Positions 52,290 to 64,000 of a stretch of DNA of 64,000 nucleotides are shown piece by piece; positions within the stretch are counted from its first letter, which is position 1; each line of letters opens with the position of its first letter. A model generated the notes under the pieces. That model ran no database searches. It was not told where the DNA came from and saw only the letters and a list, made by a program, of their open reading frames with translations. The translations under genes and the position numbers were made by a program. This DNA is from Mobula hypostoma (taxonomy: Eukaryota), in contig NC_086097.1 of the NCBI RefSeq assembly GCF_963921235.1, positions 230,952,001 through 231,016,000 of the forward strand, in the 5' to 3' direction.

Positions 52290-53520
52290 AACATAGAATA
52301 TAGAATAGTACAGCACAGTACAGGCCCTTCGGCCCACATTGTTGTGTCGACCTTCAAACCCTGCCTCCCATATAACCCCCGACCTTAAGTTCCTCCATAT
52401 ACCTGTCTAGTAGTCTCTTAAATTTCACTAGTGTATCTGCCTCCACCACTGACTCAGGCAGTGCATTCCACGCACCAACCACTCTCTGAGTAAAAAACCT
52501 TCCTCTAATATCCCCCTTGAACTTCCCATCCCTTACCTTAAAGCCATGTCCTCTTGTATTGAGCAGTGGTGCCCTGGGGAAGAGGCGCTGGCTATCCACT
52601 CTATCTATTCCTCTTAATATCTTGTATACCTCTATTATGTCTCTTCTCATCCTCCTTCTCTCTAAAGAGTAAAGCCCTAGCTCCCTTAATCTCTGATCAT
52701 AATCCATACTCTCTAAACCAGGCAGCATCCTGGTAAATCTCCTCTGTACCCTTTCCAATGTTTCCACATCCTTCCTATAGTGAGGCGACCAGAAATGGAC
52801 ACAGTACTCCCAAGTGTAGCCTAACCAGTTTTATAGAGCTGCATCATTACATTGCGACTCTTAAATTCTATCCCTCGACTTATGAAAGCTAACACCCCAT
52901 AAGGTTTCTTAACTATCCTATCCACCTGTGAGGCAACTTTCAGGGATCTGTGGACATGTACCCCCAGATCCCTCTGCTCCTCTACACTACCAAGTATCCT
53001 GCCATTTACTTTGTACTCTGCCTTGGAGTTTGTCCTTCCAAAGTGTACCACCTCACACTTCTCTGGGCTGAACTCCTTCTGCCACTTCTCAGCCCACTTC
53101 TGCATCCTATCAATGTCTCTCTGCAATCTTCGACAATCCTCTACGCTATCCACAACACCACCAACCTTTGTGTCATCTGCAAACTTGCCAACCCACCCTT
53201 CTACCCCCACATCCAGGTCGTTAATAAAAATCACGAAATGCAGAGGTCCCAGAACTGATCCTTGTGGGACACCACTAGTCACAACCCTCCAATCCGAATG
53301 TACTCCCTCCACCACGACCCTCTGCCTTCTGCAGGCAAGCCAATTCTGAATCCACCTGGCTAAACTTCCCTGGATCCCATGTCTTCTGATTTCCTGAATA
53401 AGCCTACCGTGTGGAACCTTGTCAAATGCCTTACTAAAATCCATATAAATCACATCCACTGCACTACCCTCATCTATATGCCTGGTCGCCTCCTCAAAGA
53501 ACTCTATCAGGCTTGTAAGA
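52290..53520 (-). mobile_element. Relatively young CR1 3' fragment (RT)
   Basis: DVIYMDFSKAFDKVPH, GVPQGSVLGP, KFADDTK; (atagaat)n tail. Confidence 0.95.
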
Positions 53521-53719
53521 CAAGCCTTGTAAGATTGATCCTTGACCTCACAATCTACCTTGTTATGGCCTTATTGTCTGTCTACACTGGACTTCTCCTG
53601 TAACTGTAACACTTTACTCTGCAATCTGTTATTGCTTTCCCCCGTGCTACCTGAATAGACAACATGCAAAACAAGGTTTTCACTGTACTTCAGAACAAGG
53701 GACAATAAATCAATTCCTA

Positions 53720-56300
53720 CTCAGCCAAGCATGTTCACCCTGACCAGTGTGCACCCATCTGCATCAATCCTATCTTCCAGCACTTGGGCCAGAGGTGATT
53801 TACCTCGACACCTCTTACACGCTGTTAGTGACTTTTGTTCTATCACTCTCTCTGGCTGTGCCTTCCAGATACTCACCATTCTCTGGGTGAAAATGTCCCC
53901 AGTCAAATCCCCTCTAAATTTCTTACCTTTCATGCTAATCTTTGTTCTCTCATGTTATCTCTCAGAAGAAAAAAAATGTTTCTGCAGTCTATCCAATCTG
54001 TTTGCTTCATAATTTTATATGCCTCAATCATACCCCCTCTCAAACTTTGCATTCCAGTGTAAACCAACCTCTTTGACCTCTCTTCAGCAGTGAAATTATC
54101 TATCTCAGCCAGCGTCCTGGTGAATCTGCTCTGCATCCTCTCCAGCTGGAGTTATCACATCTTTACTGCAGGGTGATGACGAGCGCTAAACACAGTACTC
54201 CAGCTGAGCTCTGAGCAAAGTTTAATAAAGTAGGAACTGTTTTCATTCGCCTGACTAATGAAAGCCAGCACCCCATATGCCCTCCTCAGCACATTATGTA
54301 CCTGCATTGCCAACTTGGACTTGCACGTCAAGGTTACCAATTCCTCAACGTGCCCAAGAACCTTACAATTCATGATATACGTCCTGGCCTTATGAGAATG
54401 CACCACCACACATTTATCAGGATTAAATTTCATCTGCCATTTCTCAGCTGATTTCAACATCACATTAATATCAGCTCATAGCCCTAAGAGTACCTTTCAT
54501 GATTCGGGACAAATCGCAAAGGTTGGGAACAGGTCAAATCGAGGCGATGGGGTCCACGCCCCAGAGCATAAAGAAGCAACTGAACCCATTATTTGGAAGA
54601 TGATTTAGGCGCAAGGCCAGATTGAAAAGGTCAGGGTGTCGGGACTCGAGGTGAGAGACAGGCTCGCTGCTCCACAACATTGGCTCGGCTCTGTGCTGAC
54701 CTAAGAGCCTGGGGACAGACTCTGTGGACTTCAGTTCAGAACGTTCTTTGCTTGTGCTTATTGTTTGCATGATTTTTTTTTTTTTCTGTGCATTGGGTGT
54801 CAACCGTCTTTTATGGGCTCTTTTGGGGTGTCTTTGTTTCGTGGCTCCCTGTTAGGAAACGAATCTCAATGTTATAAATGTACTTTGAACTTTTCCACCA
54901 ACTTTAGTGTCATCTGTGAATTTACTGTTCACGCCTTCCACATCCAAGTTATTCACATATAAAATGAACACCAAGGGCCCCAGCACCAAATCCTGTGGAA
55001 CACCACTAGTCACAGGCAACCATCCCAAAAACAGTCTCTACCATCACCCTCTGCCTTGTATTGCCAAGCCAATGTGAAGAACAGCTTCAATTTATTGAGT
55101 TACATCAGAGGTTCTCATTTTCCCGTTTATCTCAGTTCAATGAACCAACTTCAGAGAACCAACAAAAACAACTGAGTGTAACTTGGCAGCAAATAAGGGT
55201 TCCAGAGGAGTTGGGAAATGCCAATAAAATCCCAAGGAACAGAAGTCAAAATGATAAAAATGTGGCAAGTTCCAAAACAAATGGTCAATCATTCTGACAG
55301 TTTAGCACATATGTAGTGAAAAAAAATTATTTTCCTGAATTATCAACTGTTTAAGTAACTGTAAAGCAAACAATATTTCACATATCAAACTGGAGTGTAA
55401 ACTTGAAGTTGAGTCAAAAACATAGAACAGTACAGCACAGGAACAGGCCCTTTAACTCACAATGTTGTGCCAAATCGGTTAGATTAATCCATTCTCCCTA
55501 CAGTGTCCATATCCTTCCATTGCCTGTCCAAAACTCTCTTAAAAGACCATAATGTATCGGCCTCTACTACCACCCCAGGCAGCACATTCCAGGCATCCTG
55601 TTACTCTCTGTAACTTGCCCCTCACATTTCCTTTGAAGTTGCCCCATCTCACCTTCAATGTATGCCTTTTGTATTAGACATTTCAACCACAGGAAATAAA
55701 TACTGGCCGTCTGCTCTTAGCTATGCCTCTCCTAATCTTTTAAACCTCTATCAGATCTCCCCTCAGCCTCTGCAGCTACAGAGAAAACAACCCAAGTTTG
55801 TCCAACCTCTTGTTATAAGCCCTCCAATCCAGGCAGCATCCTGGTAAACCTCTTCTGCACCCTTGACATCGTTTCTATGATGGGATGACCAGAACTGTAT
55901 GCAATACTCCAGATGTGTCTTAACTACAGTCTTATAAAGCTGCAACATAACTTCCTGACTTTTGAACTCAATGCCTCAACTAATAAAGGCAAATATGCCC
56001 TATGCCCTTTTAACCACCCCATCAACCTTTGCAGCCACTTACAGGGAGCTGTGAACTTGGACCACAAGATCCCTCTGCTCATCAATACTGCTAAGGGAGT
56101 TTCACTTTACATTGGACCTACCAAGGTGCAACACTTCACATTTGGCCGCGGTAAACTCCATTTGCCATTTCTCCGCCCCTATCTGCAACTAATTGTTGCA
56201 TTCCAGTTTTCTACGCTATCCAGAACACCGTCAATGTTTGCAAACTTACTAAGCCACCCACCCATTTACATTTTCCTCCAGGTTATTTATATATGTACAT
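53720..56300 (-). mobile_element. Two old CR1 3' fragments (~53720-55050 with insert 54500-54892; ~55420-56300)
   Basis: FTQRMVSIW, KWQMKFNPDKC, THLEYCIQFW. Confidence 0.8.
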
Positions 56301-56524
56301 CACAAACAGCAGAGTACAGATCCATGAGATTTACTCATTGTTTAATTAACTTTTTATCCATTTTGTGTTCAGTCACTGGATGAAGAGGTGAGTTTATTTC
56401 TGAAACCGAGAGGGGAAGATTGCCAAAATTCTTTCAGCAATGATGCTTACGAGGGAGCACTGACTACAATTTGCCCCAATGAAAATTGCTGAGGTAAAAA
56501 ATATTTCAGAGACTACCTGGGGTA

Positions 56525-59020
56525 CAAATGACCTCACTGGAGTTTAGACGAATCAGGAAGGATCTCATTGAACCCCATTGAATATTGGAAGGCCTAGAAG
56601 GAGTAGACATAGAGAGGATGTTTTCTATAGTGGGGGAGTCTGGAATTAGAGGGCAAAGCCTCAGAATATAAGGATGTTGCTTTAGAGTAGAAATGAGGAG
56701 AAACTCCTTCAGCCAGAGAGTGGTGAGTCTGTGGAAGTCGTTGCCAGAGATAGCTGTGGAGGCTCAGTCATTGGGAGTACTTAAAGCAAAGGTTGATAGG
56801 TTTTTGTTTAGTAAGGGTGTTAAAGGTTACGGGGAGAAAACAGGAGAATGGGGTTGAGAGGGACATTTTCAACCTCTCACTGCTACGGGCAGAAGTGCCT
56901 GCTTGCTTCAAAAAGGCAATAATTCTACCGGTGCCTAAGAAGAATAACGTGGGCTGCCTTAATGACTATCGCCCGGTAGCACTCACATCGACAGTGATGA
57001 AATGCTTTGAGAGGTTGGTTATGACTAGACTGAACTCCTGCCTCAGCAAGGACCTGGACCCATTGTAATTTGCCTGTCACCACAATAGGTCAACGGCAGG
57101 CGCAATCTCCATGGCTCTTCACATGACTTGAGACCACCTAGACAACACAAAGACCTACATCAGGACGCTGTTCATCGACTATAGCTCAGCATTTAATACC
57201 ATCCTCCCCACAATCCTGATTGAGAAGTTGCAGAACCTGGGCCTCTGTACCTCCCTCTGTAATTGGATCCTCGACTTTCTAACCGGAAGACCACAGTCTG
57301 TGCGGATTGGTGATAACATATCCTCTTCACTAACGCTCAACACTGGCGCACCTCAGGGGTGTGTGCTTAGCCCACTGCTCTACTCTCTGTATACACATGA
57401 CTGTGTGGCTAGGCATAGCTCAAATACCATCTACAAATTTGCTGACGATACAACCATTGTTGGTAGATTCTCAGGTGGTGACGAGAGGGCGTACAGGAGT
57501 GAGATATGCCAATTAGTGGAATGGTGTCGCAGCAACAACCTGGCACTCAACATCAGTAAGATGAAAGAGCTGATTGTGGACTTCAGGAAGGGTAAGACAA
57601 AGGAACACATACTAATCCTCATAGAGGGATCAGAAGTGGAGAGAGTGAGCAGCTTCAAGTTCCTGGGTGTCAAGATCTCTGAGGATCTAACCTGGTCCCA
57701 AAATATCGATGTAGTTATAAAGAAGGCAAGGCATTGACTATACTTTATTATATGTCAACAAATACACTGTAAAACTTCTGCAGTTGTACTGTGGAGAGCA
57801 TTCTGACAGGCTGCATCACTGTCTGGTATGGAGGGGCTATTGCACAGGACCGAAAGAACCTGCAGGAGATTGTAAATCTAGTCAGTTGCATCTTGGGTAC
57901 TAGCCTACAAAGTACCCAGGACATCTTTAGGGAGCGGAGTCTCAGAAAGGCAGCATCCATTATTCAGGACGTCCAGCATCCAGGACATGCCCTTTTCTCA
58001 CTGTTACCATCAGGTGGGAGATACAGAAGCCTGAAGGCACACACTCAGCAATTCAGGAACAGCTTCTTCCCCTCTGCCATCCGATTCCTGAAAGCAGTTT
58101 GAAGCTTTGGACACTACCTCACTTTTTTTTAGATATACAGTATTTCTGTTTTTTGCACATTTTTTAATAATCTCTGCAATATACGTAATTGATTTATTTA
58201 TTTATTATTATGTTTTATTTTGTTATTTTTTTTCTCTCTCTGCTAGATTATGTATTGCATTGAAGTGCTGCTGCTAAGTTAACAAATTTCTCGTTACATG
58301 CCAGTGGCAGGAGGAGGAGATAGCAGCGCGCCGCGCATGCACAGCCCTCCAGTGAAAATGATATTGTATCTGTTAAATAGGGGCCGTGGACAATTCTGAT
58401 TTGATGGAGACAGACGTGAAAGCACAGAGGAACATCTGGAGAAATTTCTGAAACGCCAGTTCGCTGCCGTTGTTACTGCGCAATCGAGAATCTTCCGAGG
58501 GAAGGCCCCAAAATCCCCGGCTTTGCCTGCTGCTGGAAACCGAGGCTCTTGTTCGGATAGAGATGGTGCTCAGTACTCAGTGCCGGAGGGCTGATCGGAG
58601 GCTCGAAGTTTTCGGATGACTCAGAGTCAGACTGTGGTCGGGCATGGCAGGGAGAGTTTTCTCCCTTTTCCTGTCTGCGTGAGATGTGGGACATTTGAGA
58701 GACTTTGAACTTTTTACTGTGCCATGGACTGTTCTTCATCAAGTTATGGTATTGTTGCACTGCTGTAACTATATGTTATAATTATATGGTTCTTGTTAGT
58801 TTTTTCAGTCTTGGTTTGTCCTGTGTTTTGTGATATCACACCGGAGGAAATATTGTTTCATTTCTTAATGCATGCATTACTAAATGACAATAAAAGAGGA
58901 CTGCATGTCTTCATACTCTAATAAACCTGATTCTGATAAATCAGCCATGATGGAATGGTTTTGCAGACTCGATGGGGCAAATAGCCTAATTCTACTCCTT
59001 TGCCTTCTGGTTTTATGGAC
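56525..59020 (+). mobile_element. CR1 3' end interrupted by a Rex1 RT fragment (56860-58935), whose tail is interrupted by an unclassified element (~58307-58918)
   Basis: CR1 resumes with taaatcagccatgat at ~58937; Rex1 motifs [37 protein letters not shown]. Confidence 0.85.
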
Positions 59021-59027
59021 TTGACAT

Positions 59028-59752
59028 ATTGAGTCAGTCGGATTGGCAAAAACATCTCCTCCACAATCTCCATCAGCATGGGTGCACATCAGGGCTCTAT
59101 GCTTAGTCCCCTACTCTACTCGCTTTACACCCATGACTGTGTGGGTAAATACAGCTCAAACACCACATACAAGTTTGCTGATGACACCACTGCTGTGGAC
59201 TGCATCAAAGGTGGAGATGAATCAGCATACAGGAGGGAGATTGAAAACTTGGCTGAGTGGTGCTAAAACAACAACCTCTCATTCAATGTCAGCAAGACCA
59301 AGGAACTGACTGTAGACTTCAGGGGAGGGAAACCAGAAGTTGCATGCCATCTTGGTCAATGTCTCCCATCCACTACATACTGTACTGGGTGGGCACAGGA
59401 GTACATTCAGCCAGAGACTCATTCCTCCAAGATACAGCACAGAGCGTCATAGGAAGTCATTCCTGCCTGTGGACATCAAATTTTACAGCTCCTCCCTTGG
59501 AGGGTCAGACACCCTGAGCCGATAGGCTGGTCCTGGACTTACTTCATAACGTACTGGCATAATTTACATATTACTATTTAACTATTTATTACTATTTTCT
59601 ATTACTATTCTATTACTATTTATTATTTCTATGACTATTACTATTTACTAATAGTAATATTACTATTACTGTTTCTATTACTATTTATTATCTATGGTGC
59701 AACTGTAACGAAAACCAATTTCCCCCAGGATCAATAAAGTATGACTATGACT
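59028..59752 (+). mobile_element. Rex1-type LINE fragments with (tattac)-rich low-complexity tract and (tatgac)n tail
   Basis: [23 protein letters not shown]-rich repeat at 59570-59690. Confidence 0.75.
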
Positions 59753-60094
59753 ATTGCCTGAATGAAGGCAACACACAGCAATTAAGCCACTCAATACCTT
59801 CCAGAACCAAGCCGAAACTCCGTCCATGACACTAAACATTTATTTCCCCTACCACCCTCACACTGCACACGTCAGAACATTGCGTCATGTGGGTTCCCCT
59901 CAAGGTCACACAACTTTCTAAAGGAACAATATCACTGATCATTCATGATTGCTGGGTCTCGATCCCAGCAACTCTTGTCCGATAACACTCAGCAGACACC
60001 TTCGCCAGAAGAACTGCAGCACTTTGCAAGGCCAATGAGCGATGCTGACCTTACCATCCAAACCTGGATAAATACAAAAAGGAACAGAATCCAA

Positions 60095-61030
60095 TAGGAC
60101 CTTGATCTACTGGGCCAGTAAGGTGAGGAATGGCAAACAGAGTTTAATTCAAACATATGAAGGGCCAAAAGGCTTGTTTCTGTGCTGTAATGTTCTATGG
60201 TTCTATATATGAGGAGTTACATTTTGGTAAGACACGTCAGGGCAGCACTTACACAGTAAACAGTAAGGCACTGTGGAGTGCTGTAGAATACAGAGACATA
60301 GAACAGCGTAGGCACACAGTTCGTTCAAAGTGGCAACACAGGTAACTAGGATGATGAAGAAGGCATCTGGCATGCTTATGATCAGGATATTGTGTGCAGG
60401 AGTTGGAATGTACACAGCATGGTAAGGGCACATTTGGAATACGGCATACAGTTCTGATTGCCCTGCTCCAGGAAGGATGTCATTAAATAGATCTCTGAGG
60501 ATGTTAGCCATGACTGAATGGTTTGGGTTTTAAGGAGAGGCATGGATAAGGTAGGAATGCAGCATAGAGGACTGAAGGCGATCTTATAGAAGTTTATCAA
60601 ATCATGGAGGGCATAGAGAACGGCCAAAGGTTCCCCCCCAAGGTATGGGAGTCCAAAACTAGAAGGTATAAATTTAAGTGATGGGGTGGAGGGGCGGGGG
60701 GGAGTATTTAAGAGGGACCGCTGAAGGGGCAACTTTTTCACACAAGCGTGGTGAGTATACAGAATGAGCAGTCAGAGGAAGTTGTAGAGGCAGGAGGAAT
60801 TACAACATTTAAAAGGCATTTAGAAAGTTACAGCCACTAAAAAAGAAGCTTAGAGCAGGGGATCCCAACCTAGGATCCATGGACCCCTTGCTTAATGGTT
60901 TTGGTCCAAGGCACAAAAAAAGATTGGGAACCCCTGGTTTAGAGGGATATGGGCCAAACATGGGCAAATGGGACAAACTCAGTTAGGCTACTAGGTTGAG
61001 TGGGACCAAAGGACCTGCTTCCATGCTTTT
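60095..61030 (+). mobile_element. Old CR1 3' fragment
   Basis: Decayed CR1 C-terminal sequence (catttggaatac, aactttttcacacaagcgtggtgag). Confidence 0.7.
60856..60936. mobile_element. 81 bp hAT MITE
   Basis: TIRs caggggatcccaa / ttgggaacccctg; 8 bp TSD gcttagag / gtttagag. Confidence 0.85.
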
Positions 61031-61368
61031 TAGCTCTGCAAATCTATCCAGGGAATTCTTTATGCCAGTTGTTTCTACTCACTCCTTCGAAGCCTTTTGG
61101 ACAGTTACTGAGGTTATTCTGCCTACACCATTACTTTACGATGAAATCTGCCAGATAAAAGGTTGAGTGATTTCAGGACTTTAAACACTGGATTCCTAAA
61201 TCTTTTTCATTGAAGTGTGTACTGTTGGACAGTACTGTGGTGCAGTTGTGGAGCAGGTTCAGCTCCAAGCTCTGATGCAGTCTGAGTGGGCTTGCACATT
61301 CTCACTGTGACTGCAAAGGTTCCTTCTGAGTGTTCCATTTCCCTCTCACATCCAAACGACATGTAGGT

Positions 61369-62082
61369 TATACTTTATACTTCATTGTCACCAAACAATT
61401 GATACATCTATTCATCACAGTGATATTTGATTCTGCGCTTCGCGCTCCCTGGAGTACAAATCGATAGTAAATATTAAAAATTAAAATTATAAATCATAAA
61501 TAGAAAATAGAAAAGGGAGAGTAAGGTAGTGCAAAAAAAAACGAGAGGCAGGTCCAGATATTTGGAGGATACGGCCCAGATCCGGGTCAGGATCCGTTCA
61601 GCAGTCTTATCACAGTTGGAAAGAAGCTGTTCCCAAATCTGGCCGTATGAGCCTTCAAGCTCCTGAGCCTTCTCCCGGAGGGAAGAGGGACGAATAGTGT
61701 GTTGGCTGGGTGGGTCATGTCCTTGATTATCCTGATAGCACTGCTCCGACAGTGTGCGGTGTAAAGTGAGTCCAAGGACGGAAGATTGGTTTGTGTGATG
61801 TGCTGGGCTGTGTTCGCGATCTTCTGCAGCTTCTTCTGGTCTTGGACAGGACAACGTCCAGACCAGGTTGTGATGCACCCACGAAGAATGCTTTCTACGG
61901 TACATCTATAAAAAGTTAGTGAGGGTTTTAGGGGACAGGCCAAATTTCTTTAGTAAGTCAGGTCATTTGTGATATTGACCCCGAGGAACTTAAAGCTTTT
62001 GACCTGTTCCACTTGCGCACCACCGATGTAAATGAGGTTATGCAGTTCGCTACTCCTTCTGAAGTCAACAACCAATTCCTTT
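61369..62082 (-). mobile_element. Rex1-type LINE 3' fragment inside a decayed V-SINE-like element (~61232-62255)
   Basis: FYRCTVESILRGCITTW, PLPSGRRLRSLK, NSFFPTVIRLLN. Confidence 0.85.
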
Positions 62083-63199
62083 GTTAGTAGCTTAAATGAA
62101 GACAGTAAATTTTCTGTCACATGTAGGTGAGTGGTGGAACCTATAGAGAGTTGAGTGGGATATAGGGAGAAGACAGTGAGATTAGTATATCATCGGTGTG
62201 AATTGGTACTCAATGGTTGGACCAACAGTCTGTTTCCATACTGTGTGAGGCTATAACTAATGAGTTGTTAAGCTAGCAGTATAATTGCAAATCAGCTGTG
62301 TAAATTTAAAACAAAAACAAGCAAAATCCACCATATTCCATGGGAAATTAATCAATTTAAAAACTTTAGTACTGTTTGTGAGATACTAAAATGAAATTAA
62401 GCTACTCTATAAAACAAGCCATATGATGCAGAATTCCTAATACTCTCCCTGTGGATTTTCTCTCCAAAGATTAAGGACACTAAAGGCAAGCCCAGTGAGT
62501 TGTAGACTGATAGTAAATACATTTTCCGGGAGGCATAATTTGTTTCATAAGTGCTGCATGTCAAATTAAATTGCACAGAATTATTTGGACTCTTCATCAG
62601 ACAAAACTCACCATGAATATTCAAAATGTAAGTTAATGAATGACCCAAAGCTATTTTTAATTCATTGACATCTAGATTCAATAAAAAAAACTGCGAGCCT
62701 CCACTAAAACTCATAATAAATCAGATTGGTGCACAATAAAATACAATTAAATGACTATAAACTACTGATAAGGAACTAAGGATGCTTCAGTATTAACAGG
62801 GAGAGGCACTGGAAGCAGGGATATGATTCTGAAATTTTTCAGGAAAAGGGAGAATCTGTTCAGCATGTTGCCAATGCTCTTCTGTCATCTCATTCTCATT
62901 TTATTTTCATGTACCGTTCAGGATCAGGAATCACATGACATAATCTCAATTTAGTATTTAAATAGCCAATCAAAAATTTCAATTGTATTGGAAATTATAA
63001 ACAAAAGAAAAATGGTGCAGAATTGGGATGATTTACTGATTACTTGCCTGATGCATTGCTGAGATTCGTGAGAGTGGCAGATTCAGCCAGTTTTAGTGGT
63101 TCTGCACCTCTTTTGCACTGAGTCAGTAAGTTATGGTGAGTTCCAGAGTCACCATTCTGTGCAGGTGCAGAAACGAGTCCTTATGACCCCCTGGTTTGT

Positions 63200-63672
63200 G
63201 AATTGGTGAGATCAGAATTGAGATCTAGTGTTCGGGATCTGTCATCGGTGAGTCTAGAGTTCAAGGCCTAGTGTTTGGTGATCGGCATGTCCTGGGATCA
63301 ATGCCGAAGACTGAGGCCTGAGAGTCAAAGTGGAAGTCTGGAAGCTGGGGCCCACTGACTGCATCCGAGTCCGTGCCAATTTCTGCACGTCTGCTGCGGA
63401 AACCGAAGCCCAAATCTGAACTCACGTGAGGCTGGAGTCTGAAGAAGGCGGCTAAAGGACTGTGTATGTGTGTGGGTGGGAGGGAGTGATGGGGCTTGTT
63501 TAGCTGGTGTTGTTTTGTTGCTTGTTGTGTTCTGTGTTGTTCTACTGAGCATTGTAAACACGTGAAATTGGTGCTGGAGTGTGTACCGACGCATGTGGAC
63601 AGCCCCCAGCACAGCCTCACATTTCACTGTAAGTTTCAATGTACAGTACGCGTGATAAATAAACTTGACTCA
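63200..63672 (+). mobile_element. Unclassified non-coding interspersed element with LINE-like tail
   Basis: Internal short repeats; ends gtgataaataaacttga. Confidence 0.45.
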
Positions 63673-64000
63673 TGGACCTTTTGTTTGACTTTTCTGAAGC
63701 CTCGCTAAAATCCAAAAGCATTACCCTCATTAAAAAATTCCACTGTGGTCAGGCACTGACCGGGAATTAACAAAATCTGTGCGGATTGACTTTGAATAAA
63801 TTACCTCAGTATTATTATGCTGTCCCTTAGATGTGATTCCAATCACTTGCCCACTACCAAAGCTCTGATTTCTTCCTTATTAAAAGAAAATGCAGATCCA
63901 CCCACCCATCTTGCAACCTCCACTCTTCCTGTGCATCCACCATTGCCAATCTCCTTCATATCCAATTTAAAGCTTTACCTGGCAGTCATCCCACCAAATG

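Noticed and set aside
62397..62714. 105-aa ORF in unique sequence
   Set aside because: No motif or splice support; consistent with a chance ORF
36328..64000. Searched for the upstream exon carrying the first half of the zinc finger and for MBT-repeat exons
   Set aside because: No CPTPGC..GHH or HPVGW-type frame with splice sites was found by eye; probably beyond the window, though a small exon could have been missed
63975..64000. Minus-strand donor-like site CAG|gtaaag at the window end
   Set aside because: The preceding frames do not give the expected ...GHH(S) peptide and too little sequence is visible
1..64000. CRISPR arrays, operons or prokaryotic defence systems
   Set aside because: Sequence is vertebrate intronic DNA; no regularly spaced repeat-spacer array seen

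Overview
Eukaryotic, repeat-dense vertebrate genomic DNA. The repeat mix (CR1, Rex1/Babar, fish-type L1, Penelope, V-SINE, Tc1, hAT) suggests a cartilaginous fish, possibly a ray; this is inference. The window lies inside a large minus-strand gene of the L3MBTL family, best matching L3MBTL4. Three coding exons that the ORF track misses or only partly shows were read by hand: 36327-36154, 31936-31739 and 2481-2408. All have AG/GT boundaries and compatible phases, and together encode the end of one C2HC zinc finger, a complete second C2HC finger and a linker. The MBT-repeat and SAM exons lie outside the window. Nearly all long ORFs in the track are decayed transposon fragments, often nested two or three deep with readable target-site duplications (TSDs). 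The most notable non-coding signal is about 14 copies of a minimal type I hammerhead-ribozyme motif in Penelope tails. These include three young 123-152 bp TSD-flanked mini-insertions with shared breakpoints. I found no clearly new protein-coding system. Family assignments come from remembered motifs, not database searches, and element boundaries without TSDs are approximate.
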